Part shown: positions 34,701 to 45,400 of the stretch, piece after piece | Position numbering within the stretch: position 1 is the stretch's first letter | How the letters are laid out: the number at the start of each line of letters is the position of its first letter | IMG/VR virus record: IMGVR_UViG_3300027541_000009 | Span: 220,051 to 284,050 of that record | Strand: one strand, 5' to 3' | Length of the DNA stretch: 64,000 nucleotides | Position numbers and translations under genes: made by a program | Notes under the pieces: generated by a model | Database searches by the model: none | What the model was told of the DNA's origin: nothing | The model's input: the letters and a program-made list of their open reading frames with translations, nothing else

Positions 34701-37700
34701 GATTTAATTTATATCAAAAATCATTTCTTCGTTACTGGAGAAAAATTAACTTATTCTTCAGGAACTCTTGGTGAGATAAACCAACCAATAGGAATTACAA
34801 CCACAGATTTTGGAGTGGGAATAGGTACTACTGACAGGTTACCTTCTACAGTTTATGCAATTAAGTTAGACCAAAATAGAATTAGATTGGCGAAGAGTGC
34901 TAGTAGCGCACTTAAATTTATACCTGAAATATTAAATTTAACTTCTCTTGGTATTGGAACCAATCATACTTTCACTGCAGCAAATCAAAATTCTAAAGGA
35001 TTAATTACTCTAGACAATCTTATTCAGTCTCCACTAGTTGCCACAGCAACTACAACAATTCTTTCTACCAAGAATCTTATATCTGAAGATGTTTTATATG
35101 TCCACAATACTACAAATATTTTTAGTGGAGATTTATTAAGGATTGATGATGAGGTTATGAGGGTCGAGTCTGTTGGTGTTGGGTCAACAAACGCAGTAAG
35201 AGTAAATAGACCTTGGTTGGGCACCAAAGTAGAAGAACATGAATCTTTAACAAAAGTTGTTAAAGTAACTGGGAATTATAATATTGTACAAAATCAAATT
35301 CATTTCGTTGAAGCTCCATACGGAAGAGTTCCAATAGGAACACCAACAAATCCACCAGATGAAAGGGATTGGGAAAATATACAAACCAATTCCACTTTCT
35401 ACGGAAGAATTTTTATGAGGTCTGGTGCAACAGGTTCAAATCAAGACACATACTATAAAAATTATCTTTACGATGATATTTCAAATCAGTTTGACGGCAA
35501 AAAAAATACATTTAGTTTAACATCGAATGCAGAGAATGTTTCTGGAGTTTCTGTAGAAAATGCTATAGTTATAATTAATGATATTTTCCAAGAACCTGGC
35601 GATATTGCTTCTTATGTCTTAGAAGAAGAAAATGTTGGATTTACTTCTATAAGATTTATTGGAGCAGGAACTTCATTGGCTTCTGATATTAATACATCTG
35701 GATTGCCTGCGGGTGGTATTATAGTTTCTGTCGGTTCAACATCAGGATTTGGATATCAACCATTAGTTTCCGCTGGAGGAACAGCAATTGTTTCGGATGC
35801 AGGAACTATCCAAGCAATTAGTATAGGAAACAGTGGGTCTGGATATAGACAAAAAATTCAAAATTCCTTTGGAACTAGAGATGTTCAGGTTAGAGTAGGG
35901 GTTTCAACATCTTCTTTAAATTCTAGAAGCATTCAATTTATTGGAACAGCTGCAGTAAGTAAAGGAAACATTGTTAGTGTTGCAATTACTAATCCGGGAA
36001 TTGGATATACTCGTTCAAATCCCCCCTTTGTTATTTTTGATTCTCCACTTTCATACTCAGATTTACCTTTAGTTTATAGTCCATCTTCTTCTGGTGTTGG
36101 TACACAAGCAACGATTGATATTGTTGTTGGTCAGGGATCAAGTGTAGTTGATTTTGAGATAAAGAATCTGGGTTATGGATACAAATCTGGAGATATCTTA
36201 ACAGTTTCAACTAATTCAATAGTTGGAATACCAACAGTACAAGGATCGCAATTTGAAGAGTTTCAAATAGAAGTTCAAAGAACTTTTACTGATAAATTTA
36301 CTGCTTGGTCTATTGGAGAATTGCAGTTATTAGATTCTATTGATATACTTTTTACAGGAGAAAGAACTGTTTTCCCATTAATATATCAAGGACAATCGAT
36401 TTCAATTTTAGCAGGTAAAGGATCTCTTATCAATATAAGAGATAACTTATTGGTATTTTTAAATAATATTCTTCAAGTTCCACAGAAATCTTATATATTT
36501 GATGGTGGAAGTGTAATTAGATTTGTTGAGCCCCCTAAAGAAGATGATGTTTGTAAAATTCTTTTCTATAAGGGAAGTGGGGAAATAGATGTTCCTTTTA
36601 GGAACATAATAGAAACAGTTAAAATGGGAGATGAGGTCAGACTTGAGTATGATTATTCTGCCGGACAAAACCCATTCTTACTTGAGGATAGAAGAACAGT
36701 TTTAGACATTAAAACTGTTGATTTAATAGAAACTAATCCTTATTTTGGTCCAGGTAACACTAATATCGAAAATCTAAACAGACCGATATCTTGGTATAAA
36801 CAAACCAAGGACAAAATAATTAATCAAAAGCAAATTGGAAAGGATAGAATTCTATATGAGCCTTTGATACATCCATCGGCAAATATCATAAGTTCAGTTG
36901 GTGTTGGATCCACTCTTATTTTTGTTGACAATTGTAGACCATTTTTCAATCCAATAAATGAAAATGTATCTTCCTTAGAATTTCAAAAAGATATTTACTT
37001 GATTTCCCAAGATCAAGTTGCTTCAGCTACTGCTACTGCAGTTGTATCGTCAGCAGGAACTGTTTCTTCAATTGTTATTACTGACGGTGGATTTGGGTAC
37101 ACTGAAGCACCATCAGTAGTTGTTCAAAGTCCGGTAGGAATTGCTTCCACAACTACTACTTGTGTTTCTTATATTAGTTCTGGAATAGTGACTTCTATCA
37201 TTGTAACTGGAGTTACTACAGGATATTCTCAAGAAAATCCACCATTAGTATTGATAGAACCACCAATTATTAAAATAGAATCTACTAAAGTTTTATCATA
37301 TGGAGGAGATTTTGGAGTAATAACTGGAATTGCGACTACTTCTGTCGGAGTTGCTTCAACTGGAATAATATTTGATTTTATGATTCCAATAAACTCACCA
37401 TTGAGAAACAGCAAAATAACAGGACTTACAACCGTGAGTCAAATAAAAACTGATTATTATTTCGTAGTTTCAAATTCAAATATTGGAAATGGACTTACAT
37501 CATTGGATGAGAGTTCAAATATTGTCGGAATAGCAACTACATTTTTGGATGGTGTTTATAAGGCAGTTGATGTTTCAATAGAGCAATCTTCTATAATCGG
37601 AGTGGGAACAACATACATTGCAAGAGTTACTGTGAGTGTGGACAACTTAAACGGACTATCTGGAATTGGAATTAGTGATTATTATGGAGATTTTAGTTGG

Positions 37701-37838
37701 GGAAGAGTTATTCTAGATTACAGACAAAAGGAAAGTGCATTTAATGCATATACATTAAATGGATATTCGGGCATCTCTACTGGAACTATTTTAAAAAGAA
37801 AAAATCCATTAAAGTATTCTCAATATAAAAATCCATAG
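25758..37838 (+). CDS. gp7: giant baseplate wedge initiator, gp7-like (4026 aa)
   Basis: position between gp6 and gp8; FY.SKGT..S...LF..LYG; repeated H.F.TGD beta domains; YHYH-like block. Confidence 0.7.
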   Translation: MTKKRVKFNTILERQLPSYVREEFPLVAEFLKQYYLSQEFTGAPYDLIQNIDQYIKLDEIKSNTDFAILSNDISFDDDVITVSSESGTIGFPDSYGLIKIDDEIITYEYKTSNSFVNCIRGFSGISSYSNVGISTSRTNSLSDLSDQLVFESTESKEHLSGSKITNLSSLFLKEFLKKIKYQLIPGFEGRELYSNLDQYLFLKQSKDFYSSKGTDISYKILFKVLYGEDVDIVKPQNSLIRPSNAGFNVINALVVESIEGDPYNLRNSTLFQDEYGDITKCYASISDVEKIYSTEGKEYYRLGFDGGYNRDIGVSGALYGNFSIHPKTRIIGDVNPDVSTIDVDSTVGFPSSGDLFVTYEDGTTGVVSYASKSLTQFFGCVNITKKIFDASDISLNVFAYGSSSQSDSNETIKVRINSVLNEVSLVDDEAVYYQISGDNAIIRTLGADSIDPISNSWIFNIQTTYEVKEISVFNSSSKIYSVKTSDKHNFATGDSVNLISNNGSKTVLSIIGVVSDTEVYIGSNIAVPTNFKYTIEKVLTKVRHTLYNELSNQNANVQNIYKIKEKTLVASPSLPFYNGQSLNASDRSLYISGTFPAGDTFRITNQKDHGFYTGDCIYYESSGETSDIPRSLFDSGVYYIKRVDANNVQFAKSSSDIQNSKFLKTEENINVASDKIILQQFKSKSLISQKLLREISLPYNDGKNYETFPGPTGILINGTEILNYKSKDIIYYGPVESIDVSSGGSEYDVISPPVLDITDSIGIGATGYCAVSGGLFEIRLLDPGFDYVSKPTIRITGGNGVGAVADVSTKFIDHEVFFNSEQKFNEVNIINNSIGFSTYHKFRNAEKITYYTNNQKGVGGISTNAEYYARVVDLKTLTIHNSAEDALVGINTVSLTTYGIGNHSFKCINKKQVISTINVLNPGFGYQNKIRTTSPSGINTSTNSININEHDFNSGEIVRYTSSGTAIGGLTKNSDYYLTKIDDNNFKLSIVGVSSSNQDFYYTTNQYVDLTSRGTGVHYFNYQPISVEVVGEIGVSTSAGVDFAAKIQPVFRGEITSFHLQNGGRSYGTPEVLNYLREPLLILRQGKSSEIVPIINNGRIVEVLVNNSGYDYNNAPTINISGDGLGAVLVPIVENGQIKQVKIINGGIGYSQKNTFITVQDSGSGATFKSKLKSWNINLVSRNFSNTTPDDGFVFYNSYTKGGLQYSHLYAPRKLRESIYSVDPTGRPSYGNFDLSRVGGSEVSSTKHSPIIGWAYDGNPIYGPYGYAKKDASGGGSITQMKSGYKLAPVSSDRPSEKIYPLGFFVEDYKYYTRLNQDDSVLDEHNGRFCVTPEFPNGVYAYFCTIAATTTRTSSSPFRNYRIPVFPYLIGNTFKSRPNEFNFKASSNQDDIDLNKTDWIRYTKNYNLLGEKSYYKYLDLPNRLNQTSTIKYASPGNIQTVGILTGGNNYSINDLLVSDETDTRGYGFSARVSKLKGKEVETISVDNIVSYNVEIYPDSGRVNSFNILAENPHEFNTGDIVTISGLTTSLTIFNELYSAEVPRKNTLSLINTVGLGTTGATGIVTFISVGGNLSNIRENDIFTIGTEKVKVLNVDKNSSRLKILRAVNNTVGSSHSYSDILYENSRRLVISDRLTNPFNYSSNRQIYFNPRESIGVGTAVGIGTTIFISNPGAGVSYVTVPSRLIYLPDHKLETGDQLIYDSNGGDPIAISTNGEGIGANLADGSLIYATNVSPNFIGISTVKVGIGSTGTIVGIASTQRNQSILYFTSFGSGTYHSFKTNYNSLRGNISKNKTIVSTATTHGLSDGDIVFVDVNPSISTSFVVAYSDYNRKLVINPKSFSPVGVNTLTNSITIENHGFTTGQQVIQTSPSKVLKNEKDYYVIVIDKDTIKLSDNYYNSIQYDPVVVGLSSQFGGTLSLVNPPIKLYKNSTVFFDVSDSSLSYTNSSQTKFPAFNFNFYTNSSFEELFESSKNSNFFNIKRVGTVGISSNARISLTITDDIPNKLYYRLDPITAFNLPSVKSEISIDSSVSSHNEISIEDSLYNGKYSIVSTSGTTFTYSLRKKPESNFYDKTQAIINYQTTSKNTKGSISEVEVVSNGQNYYNLPKFSKISSGIGSGAILDYNSKNIGKIKKIKINDIGFNYPSDFTLKPNLSLPQIAKIELLSSFESIQILSLGNGYNHPPKLVVLDGVTKNIVPEVDLEYSFGDSFVTILKNTYGINNVEPIIIPTQNSNGVGISSLVYDLTKNSVTATLSVGFSTADSFPFAVNDKIMVENVSVGINSTGRGFNSKNYNYKLFTITAVSENLGGIGIVTYTMNNVLQPGETPGVYNSTNSSARIIPEKYFPKFKTIFKKNNYLKDEKIRYLGDAKTVGEVEGWNSQVNQLRISSRERIESGKIIQGDTSKTQGLISSVISGDAFINLAPYSKVEDGWETQIGFLSNNLQRIQDSFYYQNFSYSLKSKVPYDTWEDAVGSLNHTLGFRKFGDYQCEPSLDEVKNNQINISPISYVDTFTDIVGVADLNCFYDFDLARENVLIDDSYPFSDQIYFSSRVLTDYYESLNNRVLSIDDFSGSFYNLPRFSRYVVLDTIDTNQIQSQKYITFVKDRRYVGQRQLMLVSVVYDEKDAYLNQYGRVESVYDLGSFDFKKEDNQGSLLFYPNRSLWNDYDVSVLSYNIKDAFVGIASTSFGNVVYIDSKVNQVSSGTTSVIGIGTTFTSVKAIIEISADNGQRQFEEITAIHNGTNIEFINYGQLVTNSSDNNPLLSLGEFDAYLANSKINVDFIATPGIAVTINSIQISIANTESSGIGTYYLRHSTIEGRSTSIASSPTPTANVISEYSSLHNGAYFIVQISDTTNNIHQISEVIVINDSDNSYISEFAILQAANETGIGTITSNKTPNSTQLLFTPIANINAEVKVYSNAMRDYRDASKPLNFNDSTITNQSAVYLGAAVDVKRTFDLNHQGEPIFERYFDGSSPAIVDIDRDLIYIKNHFFVTGEKLTYSSGTLGEINQPIGITTTDFGVGIGTTDRLPSTVYAIKLDQNRIRLAKSASSALKFIPEILNLTSLGIGTNHTFTAANQNSKGLITLDNLIQSPLVATATTTILSTKNLISEDVLYVHNTTNIFSGDLLRIDDEVMRVESVGVGSTNAVRVNRPWLGTKVEEHESLTKVVKVTGNYNIVQNQIHFVEAPYGRVPIGTPTNPPDERDWENIQTNSTFYGRIFMRSGATGSNQDTYYKNYLYDDISNQFDGKKNTFSLTSNAENVSGVSVENAIVIINDIFQEPGDIASYVLEEENVGFTSIRFIGAGTSLASDINTSGLPAGGIIVSVGSTSGFGYQPLVSAGGTAIVSDAGTIQAISIGNSGSGYRQKIQNSFGTRDVQVRVGVSTSSLNSRSIQFIGTAAVSKGNIVSVAITNPGIGYTRSNPPFVIFDSPLSYSDLPLVYSPSSSGVGTQATIDIVVGQGSSVVDFEIKNLGYGYKSGDILTVSTNSIVGIPTVQGSQFEEFQIEVQRTFTDKFTAWSIGELQLLDSIDILFTGERTVFPLIYQGQSISILAGKGSLINIRDNLLVFLNNILQVPQKSYIFDGGSVIRFVEPPKEDDVCKILFYKGSGEIDVPFRNIIETVKMGDEVRLEYDYSAGQNPFLLEDRRTVLDIKTVDLIETNPYFGPGNTNIENLNRPISWYKQTKDKIINQKQIGKDRILYEPLIHPSANIISSVGVGSTLIFVDNCRPFFNPINENVSSLEFQKDIYLISQDQVASATATAVVSSAGTVSSIVITDGGFGYTEAPSVVVQSPVGIASTTTTCVSYISSGIVTSIIVTGVTTGYSQENPPLVLIEPPIIKIESTKVLSYGGDFGVITGIATTSVGVASTGIIFDFMIPINSPLRNSKITGLTTVSQIKTDYYFVVSNSNIGNGLTSLDESSNIVGIATTFLDGVYKAVDVSIEQSSIIGVGTTYIARVTVSVDNLNGLSGIGISDYYGDFSWGRVILDYRQKESAFNAYTLNGYSGISTGTILKRKNPLKYSQYKNP

Positions 37839-37874
37839 GAATCTACCATAAATAAAATAAAAAATTTCTAAAAA

Positions 37875-39443
37875 ATGGCAGCAATTATAACTGATCAAAT
37901 TAGAATACTCAATGCCAAAAATTTTGTTGCCGGAGTAACATCTTCAAATAATTCATATTACATATTCCTCGGACTACCAAACCCATATGAAGTCCAAAGT
38001 GATTGGGACTATAATCCACCATCACCAAAGGATAATTTCAATGAGGAAAATAGTTACTGGGATACTATCGTATCTCTAAAGAAGATACTCTCCACTGACG
38101 TTTCTCATGTTATTCCTAAAAGAGTATGGTCTTCGGGAATATCATATGATTATTATAGACATGATTATAGTAGATCTAATACTGCTTCAGTTTCTGGATC
38201 TACTAGTTTATATGCCGCTTCATATTATGTAATGAATAGTGATTATAGAGTATACATTTGTCTTCAGAATGGTACTGATCCAGAAAACCCCTCAGGGAAA
38301 CCTTCATTAGATGAGCCTAGATTTACAGATTTAGAGCCTAGATCTGCAGGAACAAGTGGAGATGGATATGTTTGGAAATATTTGTATACAATAAAGCCAA
38401 GTGATATTATAAAATTTGAATCTACAGATTTTATTCCAGTACCTAAAGATTGGTCCACTAGCTCAGACAACTCTTTAGTTAGAGATAATGCTGTAGATGG
38501 ATCTATAAAAACGGTTATCATAAATCCAAGTAGTTTGGACAACAGAGGTGTTGGTGTCGGAACAGCAAATAAAACATACACAAGAGTTCCGATTAAAGGC
38601 GATGGTCAGGGGGCAGAATGCACAATAACGATTGATAATGACCAGAAAGTAAGATCTGTTGTTGTTTCCAGTCAAGGATCCGGATATACCTATGCAAATG
38701 TTGATTTAAGGGGAGGAAATGTTCCTGAAGGAGTAATAAATCCAAAATTTGATGTTATTATTTCTCCAAAGGGAGGACATGGATACGATATTTACAAAGA
38801 ACTTGGTGCGTATAATGTGCTCCTATATTCTAGAATAGAAAATGATTTCCAAAATCCAGACTTTATTACAGGAAATCAAATTGCTAGAGTTGGAATAGTA
38901 GCAAATCCGGAATCATTTGCTTCATCTGAGATATTAAGTACGAATAAAGCCAGTGGAGTTTATGCATTAAAACTAGCGGGAATAGGGTATAGTTCTGCAA
39001 TTTTCTCACAAGATTCTTTTATTAAGCAAACTGTAGGGAATGGTGTAACTGCTATCGGTAGAGTAGTAAGTTATGATCAAACCACCGGTGTTCTTAAATA
39101 TTGGCAAGATAGAACTCTTTCCGGATTCAATACAAATGGCGAAACTCAAGAATATCCCAACTTTGGGTACGAATTGACAAGGTTTACCAGTTCTCCTCTT
39201 GTTGGAGGTGGTCTAACAGTTACTGGAAATAGTGGAAATACTTTAAGTATAGATTCAACTTTTTCTGGTATATCTACAGTAATAAATAATAGGACATACT
39301 ACCTTGGACAGTCTTTTGCGAACGGTTTATCTAATCCTGAAGTCAAAAAATATTCGGGAAATATAATATATGTTGATAACAGACCAGCAATTACCCGTTC
39401 ATTAAATCAAAAAGAAGATATTAAGGTCATTTTGCAGTTTTAA
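37875..39443 (+). CDS. gp8: baseplate wedge subunit gp8
   Basis: P...W..G..YD.Y, YRVYICL.NG, GDGYVWKYLYTI, IYVDNR..I.R. Confidence 0.9.
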   Translation: MAAIITDQIRILNAKNFVAGVTSSNNSYYIFLGLPNPYEVQSDWDYNPPSPKDNFNEENSYWDTIVSLKKILSTDVSHVIPKRVWSSGISYDYYRHDYSRSNTASVSGSTSLYAASYYVMNSDYRVYICLQNGTDPENPSGKPSLDEPRFTDLEPRSAGTSGDGYVWKYLYTIKPSDIIKFESTDFIPVPKDWSTSSDNSLVRDNAVDGSIKTVIINPSSLDNRGVGVGTANKTYTRVPIKGDGQGAECTITIDNDQKVRSVVVSSQGSGYTYANVDLRGGNVPEGVINPKFDVIISPKGGHGYDIYKELGAYNVLLYSRIENDFQNPDFITGNQIARVGIVANPESFASSEILSTNKASGVYALKLAGIGYSSAIFSQDSFIKQTVGNGVTAIGRVVSYDQTTGVLKYWQDRTLSGFNTNGETQEYPNFGYELTRFTSSPLVGGGLTVTGNSGNTLSIDSTFSGISTVINNRTYYLGQSFANGLSNPEVKKYSGNIIYVDNRPAITRSLNQKEDIKVILQF

Positions 39444-39449
39444 AGAATT

Positions 39450-42400
39450 ATGTCACAAGAAACAAATCTCAATGTTGCACCATATTTTGATGATTTTGAT
39501 GCAAATAAAGATTATTATAAAGTTCTTTTTAAGCCAGGGTATCCTGTTCAAGCTAGAGAGTTAACAACTCTACAATCAACTTTACAAAATCAAATTGAAA
39601 AATTTGGACAACATTTTTTTAAAGAAGGTGCAAAAGTAATACCGGGAAATATTTCTTATAATCAGTCTTATTATGCTGTCCGACTAAACAATTCTTTTCT
39701 TGGAGTTCCCGTAGAAGCTTATATAGATCAATTAGTTGGAACAAAAATTATTGGAGAGACTTCTGGTATAACAGCAACAATTGATAAGGTTTTACCTTCA
39801 ACTCAATCTGAAAGGGGAAATACAACATTATATGTAAATTATATCTCATCAAGTTTAATTAATAATTCTACTACAGAATTTTTAGATGGGGAAAATTTAA
39901 TAACAACTACAACGATACAATCTGGATTACTGTCAAACAGTACAATTTCTGAAGGATCTCCTTTTGCATCAACGGTTTCTAGCGGAGCTAGCTCTGTGGG
40001 ATCTTCATTTTCAATTAGTGAAGGAGTATACTTTATTCGTGGTCATTTTATCACAGTTAATACTGAGACATTAATATTAGATCAATATACAAACACTCCA
40101 AGTTATAGAGTTGGTTTGTATATTAATGAAGAAATTGTTACCTCAGATGTAGATGAATCTCTAAATGATAATTCTCAAGGTTATAATAATTACTCTTCTC
40201 CCGGAGCTGATAGATTAAAAATAACAGTATCTTTATTCAAAAAATCTTTAAACGATTATTCCGACAATAATTTCGTAGAACTAGCTTCAATCGAAAATGG
40301 TATCTTAAAAACCAACAGGGTAACCAAGGAATATTCATTAATTGCAGATGAACTTGCAAGAAGAACTTATGCAGAATCTGGTGACTATTATGTAACTCCT
40401 TTTGATTTAAGTGTTAAAGAATCTTTGAATGACAATCTTGGAAATGGTGGAATATTTAATGCAGGTCAGTTTACTTATGGGGGATCAATTCCGTCAGAAA
40501 GTTTAGCTTTATATCAAATTTCTCCAGGTAAAGCTTTTGTCAAGGGATATGAAGTTGAGACTATTTCAACAACATTTTTAGATGTTCCTAAACCAAGAGA
40601 TACAAAAACTTTAGAAAATATTGCTGTTAATTATAATACCGGATCAACTCTTTCGCTGAATAGAGTTTATGGTTCTCCAATAGTAGGAATTGGGAATACT
40701 TATATTGTAAGTCTAAGAGATAGTAGAATTGGGACTGCATCTACAGATGCTGCCGGAAAAGAAATTGGTGTAGCTAGAGTCTATGATTTTAAATTAGAAT
40801 CTGGCTCATATGACAGCCTAAATCCAAATTTAAATCAATGGACAATATCACTATATGATGTACAGACAACAACAGAAATTACCCTAAACCAACCGATTAC
40901 ACTTTCAACTCCCAATTTTATTACAGGGGCAAATAGCGGAGCAACAGCTTTTCTAAAAGATTCTGTTAATAATAGTAGGTCAATTGTACTTTATCAAAAG
41001 AATGGTGATTTTATACCCAATGAATCACTTATAATTGATGGAATAGAGGAGACAAGAACAGCTATAGCAGTAACATCATATTCAATTTCCGATGTTGAAT
41101 CTATAAGAGGAACAGTAGGAACTGCTAAAACTTTCAATGCTAATGTTATCCAATCCCCATACTATAATATTGGTATAGCAACTATAAGTACGGCAAATGT
41201 ACTAGGAATTAGTACAATAATAAGCACAAATCCAAATTTCCCAGGAAAAGTAGTTAAACCAGGAAATTTAGTAGAATTTAGTAATTTTAGTTCTCCATAT
41301 CCAGTTTATGCAAGTGTAGTTAGTGTAGGAAAAACTTCAATATCAGTAACTGGAGTTACTACTGTTTTTGGAACTAATGAAGGAAAACTACCAAATTCAA
41401 CACTAGAAGTAGTTGATCTTAAAGTACTTGGAGCTAAACTTTCAAGATCTAGCGATGATACTTTATTTACGGTATTACCAAGACCAAATGTTGCATCAAT
41501 AAATTTATCAGAAACAACATTAACAATAAGAAAGGTATATGATGTAAACATAGTATCAAATCAGTTATCATCCACAGTTGCTGCTGGAGAAAATGAGACA
41601 TTTCTACCATTTGATGAAGAGCGTTATACTCTTGTCAGAGAGGATGGAACCTTTGAAGTTTTAACAGAAGATAAATTCGATTTTATAAATGGTTCAAAAG
41701 AACTTCAAATTTATAATTTGGGAACAAATTCGGCAGCAACTTTAGTCACAACTCTCAGAAAAATAAAGCCAAAATCAAAAAATAAGTTAAAAAATAGAGT
41801 TGGTGTATATATTGTAGATAAATCAAGGAACGCAGCTTCTGGAACAGGAACTACAACTTTAAATGATGGATTGATTTATGGAAATTATCCATATGGAACA
41901 AGAGTTCAAGATGATGTAATATCATTAAATGTTCCCGATGTATTAAATGTTATTGCTGTTTATGAATCCAAGGATACCAGCGATCCAACTGCACCTAGGG
42001 CAACTTTATCATCAATTAATGGACCAACAACAAAAACAACAGATTTAATCATTGGCGAACAATTTGTTGGTCAAATTAGTGGTGCAATAGGTTTATATAC
42101 CGAAAGATTGACCGATTCTGAGATAACATTTGTACCAGAAAATGAAACTAATTTCAAAGAAGGGGAACCAATAATTTTTAGAGAATCAAATATACAAGCT
42201 GTTATTACAACTATAGATTCTCCAAGTTCGAATATCTCTTCAAGTTATAAGTTTGATAATGGGCAAAATGGTTCTTTCTATGGATATGGATATATTTCAA
42301 GGAATTCTTCGGCATCTGAACCCGTATATAAAATAAAAGTTTATTACTCTAGTGGTTACCATCAAGAGTCTGATATTGGAGATATTACAACTATAGAATC

Positions 42401-45400
42401 CTATAGTGGATTTGATTATGTTAAAGATATCCAAACAACAAACTCCATAAGAAATTGTGATATGATTGACATTAGACCTAGAGTGTCTAATTATACAGTA
42501 TCACAAAACTCAAGGTCTCCTCTTGAATTCTACGGAAGAGTATTTAATGCTGCAGGAAATTCTTCTGCTAATATTTTAGCATCAGATGAAGAAATTATAA
42601 CATCATTCTCTTATTACTTGGGAAGAATTGATAGAGTATATTTAAGAAAAGATGGGACTTTCCAAATACAGTATGGAGTTCCTTCAGAAAAACCAGAAAA
42701 ACCAATTACAGTCGATGATTCATTAGAAATTGCAACAGTAACACATTCTCCATATCTATTTGCGGTTTCGCAATCAACTGTTCAACTTCTTGAGCACAAA
42801 AGATATAGAATGGTTGATATTAAACAACTTGAGAATCGTATTAAGAATCTTGAGTATTACACCGCGCTTTCAATGCTAGAAACAAGCACGGCGAATTTAT
42901 TTGTTGCAGATTCTGAAGGATTGGATCGTTTTAAATCAGGATTTTTTGTAGATAATTTTAGCACTCTACAATCACAAGAAAGTGGATTCCCATATCAAAA
43001 TAGTATTGATATAAAAAATAAAGAACTAAGACCAAGACATTACACAACTGCAATTGATTTGGTTCAAGGTCCCGTAGAAGGATTAAATCCTTCTATCGAT
43101 TATTCTGTTGAGCAACCAGAGGGTTCTAATATCATAAAAAATAGTGATTTAATTACTCTAAATTATTCTGAGGTTGAATATTTCAAACAACCATTTGCAA
43201 CAAGAACTGAAAATGTAACTCCATTCGTAATTAGTTTTTGGCAAGGAACTACAGAATTAACACCAGCATCCGATACTTGGGTCGATACTGTTCGTTTAGA
43301 TGCAAAAACAATTAATGTTGAAGGAAATTATGCCCAAACTATGGCTCTTGCTGCAGAGCAGTTTAATGTAGACCCTCAGACTGGATATTCTCCCACTGTT
43401 TGGAGCGCATGGGAAACAACATGGACTGGAAAGGAAGTTATTGAAACAGTACAAACCAGCAGTAAGACAACACAAAACTATGGACACTATGGGTATTATT
43501 GGTATGGTTATCCTTATGGTTATTATTATGGATACTGGGGATACTACGGATACTGGGGATACTACGGATGGCATAATCGTGGATGGTATAGCCAAACAAC
43601 TACAGTCACTCAAGACAAATATAGAGAAGTAAAAGAAACTGGTGTTAAGAGCAGCACCGGTACAACAACCTTCGTTGTTGAGGAATTTGATAGACAGTCT
43701 ATAGGTGATAAGGTAGTAAGTAGAAATCTTATTCAATACATGAGGTCTAGAAACATTCAGTTTGTTTCTAAGAACTTAAAACCATTAACACAACTATATG
43801 CTTTCTTCGATGGAATTGATGTAACAAAATATTGTGTACCTAAACTCCTTGAAATTAATATGATAAGCGGCGTCTTCCAAGTCGGAGAGGATGTTGTTGG
43901 TACTGTTATTAAAACTGGTATAAGTCCAACAGTTATAGCAGATAGTACTGCAAGTATTACATTTAGAGTTGCACAGTCTAATCATAAAGACGGTCAATAT
44001 GATGCACCATCTTCAGTTTTCCCATTAAATCCATATACAAGTCAGCCCCTACCATCAACTTATTCTTCAACTTCTACAGTTTTGAATGTTGATACATTCT
44101 CTCTTTCTGCACAGTATCAAGGACAGTACTCCGGATATGTAGAAAGTGGTATGACACTGGTTGGAAAAACAAGTGGTGCTCAGGCAAGAATTACTAATGT
44201 CAGATTGCTTACTGATGTATACACATGGATTATTGGTAGTTTCTATCTACCCAACCCAAATGTATCAGCAAATCCAAGATTTGAAAATGGCAATAAAACT
44301 TTTACATTAATTAATAATAATTTAAACAATGCAGCTACTGCAGCTACATTAGCTGAAGAAGCATTTACTTCAAGTGGAACTTTGGAAACCGTTCAAGAAA
44401 ATATCATTTCAACAAGAAATGGTAGAATTGAGCAAAAGCAACAAACCAAACAAGAGGCAGTATCCAAAACAACTGGGCCCCAATTGGTAGATACTCAAGT
44501 TACTTCCACAACAAATTATGGATACAGATGCTATTGGTGGGATCCTCTTGCACAATCATTCTTAGTTAATGAGAGTGGGGGAGTCTTTATTACTAAGTGT
44601 GATATCTTCTTTAAGACAAAAGAAGATGCTGAGACGCCAGTTTTTGTTCAGATTAGAACCATGCAAAATGGTTATCCTACAAGAGAAGTTCTACCATTTT
44701 CTGAAGTATTCTTAAGCCCAGACGAAGTAAAAACTTCTAATGATGGTAGTGTTGCAACAACATTTACTTTTAAAGCTCCAGTTTACTTGACTGGACCAGC
44801 CGAATACGCTCTTGTTGTTGGTTCATCTTCTTCAAAATATAATGTCTTTATTTCAAGAGTTGGTGTTGGTGAGGTTGATATTTTAACTCAATCCGCAGTT
44901 TCCACTCAACCAACACTTGGTTCTCTATTCAAGTCCCAAAATGCATCAACTTGGGAAGCTAGCCAATGGGAAGATCTTAAGTTTTCTCTTTATAGGGCAG
45001 AATTTGTTCCGGAAGGAAGAGTAGAATTTTATAATCCAGAATTGAGCATAGGAAATTCCCAAATTCCAACATTAATGCCAAACTCAATTTCAATGAATTC
45101 CAGAAAGATAAGAGTTTCTCTTTCTTCATCATTAACAGATGCTAATTTAGTTTTAGGTAATACAATTGTTCAAGGTGGAACAAATGCATCCGGAAATTAT
45201 GTAGGAAGTGCAGGAATAGCTACAGGACAACTAGAGGTTATCAATTCTGGAATCGGATATACTCCGTCAGCAGGATCACTCACTTTCAATGATGTATCTT
45301 TAGTTACAATTACCGGAAGTGGGAGAAATGCTAAGGCTGATGTGACAATTAGTAGCGGAGTTGCTGTTGCAGCAACCATAAGTCAATCTGGAAATGGTTA